Source: Squalus acanthias (lineage: Eukaryota). Taken from it: 64,000 nucleotides of DNA. The position numbers were made by a program, and so were the translations under genes. The notes below the pieces were generated by a model, which saw nothing but the letters and a program-made list of their open reading frames with translations, was not told the DNA's origin and made no database searches. The stretch covers positions 158,288,001 to 158,352,000 of the forward strand of contig CM059431.1 in assembly GCA_030390025.1 (NCBI GenBank), read 5' to 3'. Shown piece after piece: positions 52,501 through 64,000 of the stretch (its first letter is position 1; the number at the start of each line of letters is the position of its first letter).

Positions 52501-53654
52501 CCACAGGGGTCAGTGCTGGGTCCCCAACTCTTTACAATCTATATTAACGATTTGGAGGAAGGGACCAAGTGTAACATATCAAAATTTGCAGATGATATAA
52601 AGATGGGAGGGAAAGTAGTGAGTGAGGAGGACATAAAAAACCTGCAAGGGGACATAGACAGGCTAAGTAAGTGGGCAGAGATTTGGCAGATGGAATACAA
52701 CACTGGAAAGTGTGAGGTGATGCACTTTGGCAGGAAAAATCCTAGAGCAATTTATTATCTTAATGGCAAGAAACTGGAGAGTACTGAAGTGCAAAGGGAT
52801 CTGGGGGTCCTGGTGCACGAAACTCAAAAGATTAGTATGCAGGTGCAGCAAGTGATTAAGAAGGCAAATGGAATGTTGGCTTTCATTGCTAGGGGGATAG
52901 AATATCAAAATAGGGAGGTATTGCTTCAGTTGTAAAAGGTATTGGTGAGACCGCACCTGGAATGCTGCATACAGTTTTGGTGTCCTTACTTAAGGAAAGA
53001 CATCCTTGCTCTCGAGGCAGTGCAAAAAAGGTTCACTCGGTTAATGCCGGGGATGAGGGGGTGGTCATATGAGGAGAGGTTGGGTAGATTGGGACTCTAC
53101 TCATTGGAGTTCAGAAGAATGAGAGGCGATCTTATTGAAACATATAAGATTGTGAAGGGGTTGGATCGGGTGGATGCGGGGAGGATGTTCCCGATGACGG
53201 GTGAGACTAGAACTAGGGGACATAGTCTTAGAATAAGGGGCTGCTTTTTTCAAAACTGAGATGAGGAGGAACTACTTCACTCAGAGGGTGGTAGGTCCAT
53301 GGAATATGCTGCCACAAAAAGCTGTAGAAGCTACATCTTTAAATAAATTTAAAACATAAATAGACAGTTTACTAGAAGTAAAGGGCATTAAGGGTTACGG
53401 GGTGCGGGCAGGAATTTGGACATGAGTATAGGTTCGGTTCGGTCATGGCCCTGTGGGTAGTGGAGCGGGCCCAGGGACCGTGTAGCCTGATTCTGCTCCT
53501 ATTTCGTGTGTGCAATTCTGTTAGATGCAGGAGATGGTACTGTGATAGATAGTAGATTGGCGGTTAGGATCAGATCAGCCATGATCTTATTGAATGGCGG
53601 AGCAGGCTCGAGGGGCCGATTGGCCTACTCCTGCTCCTATTTCTTATCTTCTTA
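49570..53654 (+). mobile_element. Near-complete CR1 LINE (partial ORF1 with SGNH esterase, ORF2 APE+RT, 3' UTR) inserted only in unit 3
   Basis: VGDSIIRG/VHVGTND/DGLHL; YLNARSI, ITETWL, YRPP, MGDFN, SDH; RT motifs. Stops at ~49917, 52084 and 52933. Empty site aatt[cttgtatg]tgctcc in other units. Confidence 0.97.
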
Positions 53655-56600
53655 TGCTCCACCCGTTTTATTATCGTGTAATTCCTATAAATCGTATAGC
53701 AATCATTTCCTACTTGGTACCTTCGTATTGCTTCCCGACGGAATTATCTGATCCATTCCGTCCCAATATATCTGTGCTCGTGTGTTCTTGATTTGTTGAA
53801 ATTGGTTATCCTGTACATATATATTGCTTTGATTTACTGTTCTTCTGAATTCTAATGATATCACTGCATCTTAGATATCCGTTATCCGTTTGCAGTAATT
53901 GATCCAATACTCATTCCTTCCCTGTTGTTCTGGAACCGTACCCATCTATCACACGTCCTGGATACGTGGCAGATAGCACACTCCCTCTTGCACCCGTACA
54001 TCACTTCTATACTTTAGATATTTTAAGTCCCCCATATCTCTGATACCCTCGCTAAAATGTCTCCATTTTTTCAACATATCGCTTCCTCAATTCGTGACCC
54101 ACCAGTTGTGAATGAAAATTAACTCCTCTTAGTTAATGGCCAGGTTTTTCGATCGCAGGAATCCCGGGACCGCAGGTCTGCAATCTAGAAGAATCTACGC
54201 CCTTACCTTCGGGATCCCGGGACGCACACGATTCCGATCCTGGGCCTCTCCAATCTCCACTTGCGCAAGGCCCTATTATCCCAGAGGCACAGGCAGATTA
54301 CAGGGTGCCTGGGATCATGTGGGCCATGGGGAGCCAATCAAAGTAGGGAAACTGCATTCATACACTTGACAGGAAGACCTTTCAGATATATGAATGGAGA
54401 TCACCCCAAAAACATAGTGGCCCAGAAATACCTTTCGCAGGCCGCCCGCGGGCGGAGGACGACGATCTGGAAAGATCTGTGCCTGGACCGGAGGGGTCCC
54501 GGGAGGCGCAGAGTTCCGTTGCTTGGTCTCTCCAAACTTCCGGTCCGCAGGACCCACGTATCCCAGAGGCGCAGGCGGTACGCAGGCGGTTCGCAGCGTC
54601 CCTGGAATCACGTAGGGAGCCAATCAGAGAAGGGAATCTCCCTTCACACATTTGACAGGAAGACCTGACAAATATATGAATGGAATTCACCCCCAAAACA
54701 TAGTAAAAGCAAGCCTTAGCCCTGCTTTTACCAGGCATACGATTTCTAATGGTTTTCTGCAGGCGGGGGTTCGACAGAAAGCGGAATTATCAGTCCGCAG
54801 AGGACATTCTCCAAGCTCGGCGTCCAATCTGGCAAGAGCATTCTTGACAAATCGGAAATTACGTATTTCAGCGCATGCGCTTGGCATGCCTGAAACCGGC
54901 ATTTCCGCTGTCCCGACGGTTGTGCATACAGCGTGTACACACCCGTAAGGATCGGAATATGCGGCCCATTAACGCCAAGCTCCCAGCCGTGCGCTTACAT
55001 TAACTATTTCTTCATATAATAACTGCCTAGAGCATCATCAGACAATCGCTACCTTCATTTAATCAGCTTTATTCACCATGCTTTATTAATATATGTGTTA
55101 TATAACTTCAGGAAATATTCGAAAAGAGATCAGATAGACATCATGGATGAGACTCGGAATTTTATTTTAAATAGGACATGATGGCTGTCATGACTGGAGA
55201 TGCCGGTAATGTTATGTCTCTGAGTGATGGGCAGAAGAATGAACGTGAAGGCTTAAAGTTGCGTAACCCATGGACTGGATGAATTTTGCGAGTGCTTGGT
55301 GAGACGTAGAATAATGCAGATATTTTGAGGTTGTTAATTATAAATAATAACTGTGGCAGGGAAGTTGGTAGATAGACAGGTAGAATCAGCCATGCAGTGA
55401 AGTTGGAAGGAGAAACCAAATGGAAGCAACGACTTGGATATGTTCAGTAGAAAGTTCTAGAAATTTGTGCCACCGGCAGTGACTCAAATGAATCGTCTCG
55501 TTTAATTAAAATGCACGTCACCTTTGCTAAAGAACGGACAGAATTTCTCGGCCGTGAGCGACAGCTTATTTTAAATATGTCAGTTAATTTATTTTCCTGA
55601 GATTAGATATATGTGGCTATTAGATGTTCTATCTAGCTCCAGGATATCCATTGGGTCTCTGCTGAGGACGCGTGATGCTTGTGCTGCTAGTGGTATCTTA
55701 TTCAAATATTCATTAAAATATTTGGCCCGTAATTTCCGTTAGGAGTCTTCCTGCGTGCGCATGCCTCCGATCGGGAATAAATCTACGCCCTTACCTGAGG
55801 GCTCCCGAGGAGGAGCCATTTCCGATCCTGGCCTGTCCAGAGGAGAAATGCGCAGGGCCCACCTGATCCCAGGGACGCTTGCGAAGCTCGTGAGCCCCGG
55901 AGATAGGTGGACAGGCGAGAGAATAGAAGGGAATCTCCCTTCATACATTTGACAGATAGACCTGTCAAAGGTATGAATGTAGATCACCCGAAAAAGAAAT
56001 CAAAACAATAAATACATTTTTACAAAGCATCGCGTTTATAGAAATGAGTAACATTTATACTAATTTAAATAATTTAAACAAAATTTAGTGTTTCGAAAAA
56101 AATAATTAAAGATTTTTACGGAGCTAAAATTAAACTTACCTTGTTTAGAAGAACTTTAAAATTATAAATGAGCGAAAAAATATGTATTTTTTTTACTTTT
56201 TTAAACTCTTGTGTGTGGGAAAAGCACGCCTTACGCCTGCTTTTACCAGGAGTACGATTTTTAAGTATTTTCAAGAGCGAATGTCCTGCAGCAAGCGGAA
56301 ATCTCCACTCGCAGAGGCCCTTCTCTGGGGCAAGCGTCCGATCTGTCAAGATGATTCTTGACAGATCGGAAATGCCGGTTTTAGCGCATGCGCTTCGCAT
56401 GCCTGAAACCGGCATTACCGATGTCCCTCCCGGTGTGTACACAGCGCGTACTCACACGTAGGCATCGGAAAATACGAGCCATTGTGTCTTGGCGTGTTCC
56501 TTGCAATCCTGAAATTCGGATTAATTGCTCCTTGGATAGGATGCAATTTATGTCCGATTACAGAAACAACAGTAACCCGGATCCCTGCAGAAATAGCTTA

Positions 56601-57212
56601 ACTGCAAGACGTTTTCCACTGAATTATCAGTTGATTGGAGACTCTCTTTTTGCAGAAGGTTTTTGCATGTCACTTATGCGGCACAAATGTTATTTGCTGA
56701 TTATCCACCAAAACTGGCATATTGACCAGATCTTGTTGCATACGGACATGGACTGTTTAGTCACCTGAGGAATTGGGAATGGAATTGAACACTGCAATCA
56801 TCAGTGTACAGCCCAAATTCTGACCGTATGACAGAAAAAAATGAATTGATGATGCAGCTGACGATATTTGGTTCGAGGATTCTTCCACGATGAACTCATG
56901 GTTATAACATGAGATGCTGTTCTCTTATTATTTAACGCATTAAAAACGACAAGTTATGTTTCCTTTGAGACGATATTAGCTGTAATCTAAGAGCAGGTAA
57001 AAGGGTGGGCCGTGAGAAGGCTGTTATCAATCACCCCATGGCTTTCAAGTCCTCGCACCACCACACCTGCGCACGCGAACATAAAGTCGCCAGAGAACAC
57101 AACCTTTACAGCAGCAAAGCCATGCCGTTCCAGACCGACTTGAACAATCTCCCACCAAACCGTCTCAAATTTATGAGGCCATTTAGACAATTCCAACATA
57201 TATGTAGCATAC

Positions 57213-57382
57213 CTTATGAATTGTTTCAGTAAACACGTTTGCATCTAAGAGCGATTGACTAACAGCTTCCACGAATTCTTCAATTGACGATTCTAGTGTC
57301 TGACGGTAGCAGCCGATAATTCTTCCAAGCTGGATATCCGTGTAGCTCGCCAACATTAGTAACATTTTAGTATCTGAATTTT
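57213..57382 (-). CDS. CARD-like exon A, unit 3 (..MLLMLASYTDIQLGRIIGCYRQTLESSIEEFVEAVSQSLLDANVFTETIHK)
   Basis: Open, donor intact. Canonical acceptor AG->AC (57383), but an in-frame ttcag lies 9 nt downstream. Confidence 0.65.
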
Positions 57383-59434
57383 GTGTAAAAGTGTAAATTT
57401 GAACAGGTTAAAATACTATGTTTGCTTTGAAGCAATGAATAATTTGAACTAACTTTTAGAGCAGCAGCTTTTCTTTAGAGCCTTTCAAACACTGAGACGG
57501 CCAATGGCGCCTCACAGAGCAGGAATTTAGAGTTAAACTGCCTCCTTTTCGTAGAGTTAATAGAAACGACCTAGTACTTGCAACACGTGGAGGTTGTTTA
57601 AAGTAAGTAGGAAGTAAAGAGTGGAAGCCCAAGGCAACGGATTCCAATCAGTGGTGCTGACGACTTTGTTGGAGTCCGGAGCAGAGGAACCAATAATGTG
57701 GGGACCACAGCAAAGGGAGAGGATGGACCAGAAATAAAAGAGGGTTTCTGAAGAAAACTGTAAAATTAAGACGTTCGAGACCGTAAAGGGAATTGTAGAT
57801 GAGCAGGAGTCTTTCATAAATTGTCTGGGATAGCAAGTGAATGTCGGTCACCGACGAATGGGATTACGGATAAGTGGAAATGAGGGTGAATTGATGAATT
57901 GAAGCAGTCGAGCTCTGGAGATTCTATCTGGAAGTGCCCTTAAGTCGTTCAAGGAATCGAGTCTAAACGTCACAAAAGCGTATCTAAAACACGAGCAAAT
58001 ATTCATATGTTATCTTATATCCAGAAAATTATAATATGATGGTTGCGGACGGTGATCTGAGAATCCATTCGAAATTTATTGCTTGGATTCACCAGATGCT
58101 GCTGAGCAATTAGAAATAGTCGTGACTGTCGCTTGTTAGCCTAAAGAGCTAATAAATAATGCACAGATAGTTAAAGAAAGTAACAGTAAATGCAAGCTCA
58201 TTCCTTCTTTCTTGGGAAAACTAAACTGCGATACGGACCGGAGAAATTGAAATACTGTGAATGTGAATGCACTCAAAATAAATTTGATAGATATCAATAC
58301 AACAATTACAAGAACACAACATTGGGAAAAAGTTATTGATATCAAATTGAAATAATAACTAATTCTCAAATACCAGATCTGAAACGTGACAATAGCTGGT
58401 AGGAATCATAATTGAATGTAACTGATTCTAAAATGCCTATCGATGGAAGTAGAAAGGCCTGAGAGATACTAAATAAAGAACGGCCCGGAATCAGCGGTCA
58501 GCGCAAAGCAAAGGCATTTGCTGCGGACACAAAGTAAGCTTGACACAAAGATCTCGCAATCAGGTTTTCCGAAGTGTAATTCAAATCAACGGGGCATCAT
58601 TGGGAATCCCGAGTGCAAGCTGCTGTGAAGTCAACAGGCTGTCTAAGCATCCAACCAAAACGCAGAATTCTCACAGACAGCGAACAAGGAAGTGAATAAG
58701 CTGTTAAACTTCTAACATTTAAAAAAATGACTGAGCGAACGAAACGAATATTGGGGCTCTAACATGGGGAAAATGCAAAGCAGAAATAAGGAGGAAAGGT
58801 CTTTTAAAATAATTACATTTTCAGAATAATGTTAATTTTTATTTAAATGAATAAAGTTGTCTCTGCACAAAATAAAAAAATAGATGTTCTGGCCATCACA
58901 TTTGTTTAGAATTCAATAAGCTGTTGCAATCCAGTTACGCCCTTCCCTTTCAGTCAAACTTTTAGTGGGGAATTCAAGAGCGCAATTACTGTGAAAGAGC
59001 CGAAGATTACATCAGTTTCCCTGATTTGAGAGATTTCCCTGATTACCGGCTCTGGGTGATCACCGCGCAGCCTCTGCAATTTTATTGGAGTCAAAGGATG
59101 GGAACATAGGACCGAAGGAACAACGGGCAGCAGATGCAATACCGGCCGTTTTTCGGCGAGGACAAAACAAAGGCCGTATCGCATCCATCGCCTATTATAT
59201 GTTGCGCGCGAATAAACTTGAATTGAGCTGAATATCGGGCGTGTATGTAACTGTCGGCAAATGTCTACCGGCCATTGTGTGTCCCCGACAATTAGAATTT
59301 CATCCTCCTGGACATCAACTTAAAATAAGTTCCAAGACATAAATAATGAACTCTCTTAATCTGAAAGTAAATGAGATATTTTGCAATTAGATTTTGACAT
59401 CGCCTACATTCTAGATCATGTTTTGTCCCTGTAC

Positions 59435-59606
59435 CTGTCTTCTGAATCTCTGACAATGTCGCTTTCAGTTTGGGTTTTGTATTCTGCAGTTGAAGAAATA
59501 TGTTCCACATTGTTCTTTCTCCCCGAGCTCCCTTTTCCAGCGCGGTATCGAAAATGCGTTGGGACGCATCGTTTCTGCGCTGACTTTCAGCAAGTGTACT
59601 GATTAC
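59435..59606 (-). CDS. CARD-like exon B, unit 4 (VISTLAESQRRNDASQRIFDTALEKG...LSEIQKT)
   Basis: 172 nt, intact splice sites, open. Its exon A would lie just beyond 64000. Confidence 0.78.
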
Positions 59607-62600
59607 CTAAAAAAATATTGCAATCATATTGAACAAAGTATTTTACAAAATCAGCTAAGAAACGTCGGTTTTCTTTCTCCCTCTCTTTATGGGAGGAATG
59701 AATAGAAAAGCTCACAATCAGGTGACCAAAATCTATGTCAACGAGATAAGTTATAAGGAGCGTCTCGAAAGAGCAGAGAATTGCAGACGGCCAGAGAGCA
59801 TTTGAGAGTTAATTCCAGAGTTTACGACCGAGGCATCACAATGCACGGCTACCAATGGTGGCGTGAAGAGAATCGGAGTTGTGCAATGGTTCAGAATTTG
59901 ATGAGCACAGAGATCACGGAGGATTGTAGGGCTGGAGGATGTTGCAGAGATAGAGAGGACTAGCGTTGAGTCACCGAGGGAATCTGAATTTTCTCAACTG
60001 ATATGAAAACAGGTTAAGTGCCAAATAAAAGGGGAAAAGCCAGATTTCAGGAATATGCTTCGTGCAAAATGAAGCATTATTTGTTGTTCGTAACAGCAAT
60101 GTTCTGGAAAGCTCACAACGTGCTTTTAGAAACTCAAAACTGCTCAGATTGTAAAACAATGCGGGTGAAATTGGAATCGGTCAGTCACATGACAGGTGCT
60201 GATAGCGAATGGTCGGCTCGTGTTACACGCGTCCGTATTTCTCTACCACTCGTTGCAATTCGACTTCCGTTCATTTCAAGTATCACTCATCGAATCAGCA
60301 GCACAAGCTTATCAGTCAATCGTTCATCTTCTATATGAAACATTTGCTTTGAATACCTGAATAGTCCTGTCTCATGAGCAACTATTTTATTTGAAGTGTT
60401 TATGAAATGTGATCATTGTCCCGAATTCTGTCAACTGCCAATCACCAAATTCTTAATCTGTCAACGTTTTACCTTCTGCTCGTTAACCTCGATGTTTCTT
60501 TGATTTGATTTATATAATCAACCCCCTACATTCAATTTTTAAATCTACATTTCATTTCCTTTTCTATGCACATCCAAGTAATTCTTGTATGTGCTCCACC
60601 CGTTTTATTATCGTGTAATTCCTATATATCGTATCGCAAACATTTCCTACTTGGTACCTTCGTATTGCTTCCCGACGGAATTAACTGATCCATTCCCTCC
60701 CAATTTATCTGGGCTAGTGTGTTCTTGATTCGTTGAAATTGGTTATCCTGTACATATATTTTACTTTGATTTACTGTTCTTCTGAATTCTAATGATATCT
60801 TTGCTTCTTAGATATCCGTTATCCGTTTGCAGAAATGGATCCAGTACTCATTCCTTCCCTGTTGTTCTGGAAACATACCCATTTATCTCACGTCCTGGAT
60901 ACGTGGCAGATAGCACACTCCCTCTTCCACCCGTACATCACTTCTATACTTTAGATATTTAAAGTCATCCTTTTCTCTGATACCCTCGCTAAAATGTCTC
61001 CATTTTTTCAATATATCGCTTCCTCAATCCGTGACCCACCACTTGTGCATGATAATGAACCCCTCATAGTTAATGCCCAGTTTTTTCGATCGCAGGAATC
61101 CTGGGTGTGCAGGTCTGCAATCTGGAAAAATCTACGCCCTTACCTTCGGGATCCCGGGACGCACACGATTCCGATCCTGCGCCTCTCCAATCTCCATTTG
61201 CGCAGGGCCCTATTATCACAGAGGATCAGGCAGATTACAGGGTTCCTTGGATCATGTGGGCCATGCGGAGCCAATCAAAGTAGGAAATCTGCATTCATAT
61301 ACTTGACAGGAAGACCTGTCAAATATATGAATGGAGATCACCCCAAAAAAATAGTGGCCCAGAAATTCCTTTCGCAGGCCGCCCGCGGGCGGAGGACTGC
61401 GGTCTGGAAAAAATCTGCGCCTGGACCGGAGGGCTCCCGGGAGGCGCAGAGTTCCGTTGTTTGATCTCTCTAAACTTCCGGTGCGCAGGGCCCACGTATC
61501 CCAGAGGCGCAGGCGGTTCTCAGCGTCCCTGGGATCACGTAGGGAGCCAATCAGAGAATGGAATCTCCCTTCATACATTTGACAGGAAGACCTGTCAAAT
61601 ATATGATTGAAATTCACCCCCAAAACATAGTACAAGCAATCCTTAGCCCTGCTTTTAGCAGGCATACAATTTCTAAGGGTTTTCTGCAGGCGGAGGATCT
61701 CCAGTAAGCGGAAATATCCGTTCGCAGAGGACCTTCTCCAGGCTCGGCGTCCAATCTGTCAAGAGCATTCTTGACAGATCGGAAATTACGGATTTCAGCG
61801 CATGCGCTTGGCGTGCCTGAAACCGGCATTTCCGATGTTCCTACGGTTGTGCACACAGCGCGTACACACACGTAAGGAACGGAATATCCGGCCCATTAAC
61901 GCCAAGCTCCCAGCCGTCCGCTAACATTAACACGTAGTTGTTAATGTCTTCATATCATAACTTGCTAGAGCATCATCAGACAATCGCTACCTTCAATTAA
62001 TCAGCTTTATTCACCATACTTTATTAATATATGTGTTACATAACTTCAGGAAATATTCGAAAAGAGATCAGATAGACATCATGAATGAGACTCGGAATTG
62101 TATTTTTAATAGGACATGATGGCTGTCATGACAGGAGATGCCGATAATGTTGATGTCCCTGAGGATTGGGCAGCAGAATGAACGTGAAGGTTTAAAGTTG
62201 CGTAACCCCTGGACTGGATGAATTTTTCGAGTGCTTGGTGAGACGTAGAATAATGCAGATTTTTTGAGGTTGTTAATTATAAGTAATAACTGTGGCAAGG
62301 AACTTGGTAGATAGGCAGGTAGAATCAGCCATGCAGTGAAGCTGGAATGAGAAAAGAAAAGGAAGCAACGACTTGGATATGTTCAGTAGAAAGTTCTAGA
62401 AATTGGTGCCACCGGCAGTGACTCACACGAATCGTCTCGTTTAATTAAAATGCACGTCTGCTTTGCTAAAGAACGGACAGAATTTCTCGGCCGTGAGCGA
62501 CAGCTTATTTTAAATATGTCAGTTAATTTATTTTCCTGAGATTGGATATATGTGGCTATTAGTTGTTCTATCTAGCTCCAGGATATCCATTGGGACTTTG

Positions 62601-64000
62601 CTGAGGACGCGTGATGCTTGTGCTGCTAGTGGTATCTTATTCAAATATTCATTACAATATTTAGCACGTAATTTCAGTTAGGAGGATTCCTGCGTGCGGA
62701 TGCCTCCTATCGGGAAGAAATCTACGCCCTAACCTGAGGGCTCCCGAGGAGGAGACATTTCCGATCCTGGGCCTGTCCACAGTAGAAATGCGCAGGGCCC
62801 ACCTGATCCCAGGGACGCTTGCGAAGCTCGTGAGCCCCTGAGATATGTGGACAGGCGGGGGAATAGAAGGGAATCTCACTTCATACCTTTGACAGATAGA
62901 CCTGTCAAAGGTATGAATGGAGATCACCCCAAAAACAAATCAAAACAATAAATACATTTTTAAAAAGCATCGCCCTTTTAAAATTAGAAACATTTAGATT
63001 AATTTAAATAATTTAAACAAAAATGTAATGTTTTGAAAAAAAATTAAAGAAATTTACGGAGCTAAAATTAAACTTACCTTATTTAGAAGTACCTTTTAAT
63101 TATAAATGAGTGAAAAAATATATATATTTTTACTTTTTTAAACTCCTGTGCTGGGAAAAGCAGGCCTTACGCCTGCTTTTACCAGGAGTACGATTTTTAA
63201 GTGTTTTCAAGAGCGGATGTCGTGCAGCAAGCGGAAATCTCCACCCGCAGAGTCCCTTCTCTGGGGCAAGCGTCCGATCTGTCAAGATGATTTTTGACAG
63301 AGCGGAAATGCCGGTTTTCAGCGCATGCGCTTCGCATGCCTGAAACCGGCATTACCGATGACCCTACGGGTGTGTACACAGCGCGTACTCACACGTAGGC
63401 ATCGGAAAATACGAGCCATTGTGTCTTGGCGTGTTCCTTGCAATCCTGAAATTTGAATTAATTGCTCCTTGGATAGCATTGCATTTATGTCCGATTACAG
63501 AAACAACAGTAACCCGAATCCCTGCAGATATACGGCCAAGGTAAATAGCTTAACTGCAAGACGTTTTCCAGTGAATTATCAGTTGATTAGAGAGTCTCTT
63601 TTTGCAGATGGTTTTTGCCTGTCACTTATGCGGCACAAATGTAATCTGCTAATTATCCACCAAAACTGGCATTTTGACCAGATCTATTAGCATACGGGCA
63701 GGGACTGTTTAGTTACCTGAGGAATTGGGAATGGAATTGAACACTGCAATCATCAGTGTACAGCCCAAATTATGACCGTATGACAGAAAAAAATTAATTG
63801 ATGATGCAGCTGACGATATTTGGGTCGAGTATTCTTCCACGATGAACTCATGGTTATAACATGAGATGCAGTTCTCTTCTTATTTAACGCATTAAAAACG
63901 ACAAGTTCTGCTTCCTTTGAGGCAATATTAGCTGTAATCTAAGAGCACGTAAAAGGGTGGGCCGTGAGATGGCTGTTATCATTCACCACATGGCTATTAA

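Larger units (their letters stand above)
30867..64000. repeat. Tandem array of ~6.93-kb units (starts 30867, 37799, 46450, 57464; last one incomplete)
   Basis: gcagct..ctttagagcctttcaaaca recurs at each start. Spacing is 6932, 8651 and 11014, i.e. ~6.93 kb after subtracting the two CR1 insertions. Confidence 0.97.

Noticed and set aside
50440..53259. Active autonomous CR1
   Set aside because: 5' truncated, with in-frame stops at ~49917, 52084 and 52933 and a frameshift near the ORF2 end.

Overview
Repeat-dense vertebrate genomic DNA. The CR1/L2/RTE/Penelope repeat mix and the exon sequences suggest a cartilaginous fish (inference). Almost all long ORFs in the track are LINE reverse-transcriptase fragments or antisense artefacts. 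The host-gene signal is a set of short minus-strand exons that the ORF track misses. (1) A ~6.93-kb unit is tandemly repeated at least 4 times (30.87 kb to the window end). Each unit carries a phase-compatible exon pair (170 + 172 nt) encoding a CARD-like death-fold domain of the type I recognise from N-termini of chondrichthyan NLR-like proteins. (2) Directly downstream there is no NACHT exon, but four phase-compatible exons encoding a transmembrane helix and a ~45-aa tail ending in a stop at 29358. (3) Three copies of a matching 64-nt ATG exon (MAEGPNR..DT) lie further downstream in duplicated blocks. The best reading is a tandem family of CARD-(CARD)n-TM genes undergoing exon amplification and decay. 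Splice linkage is inferred, not shown. The window also has a 23-bp minisatellite with higher-order structure, a solo LTR with TSD, MITEs, unit-specific CR1 insertions and a Penelope-type hammerhead relic.
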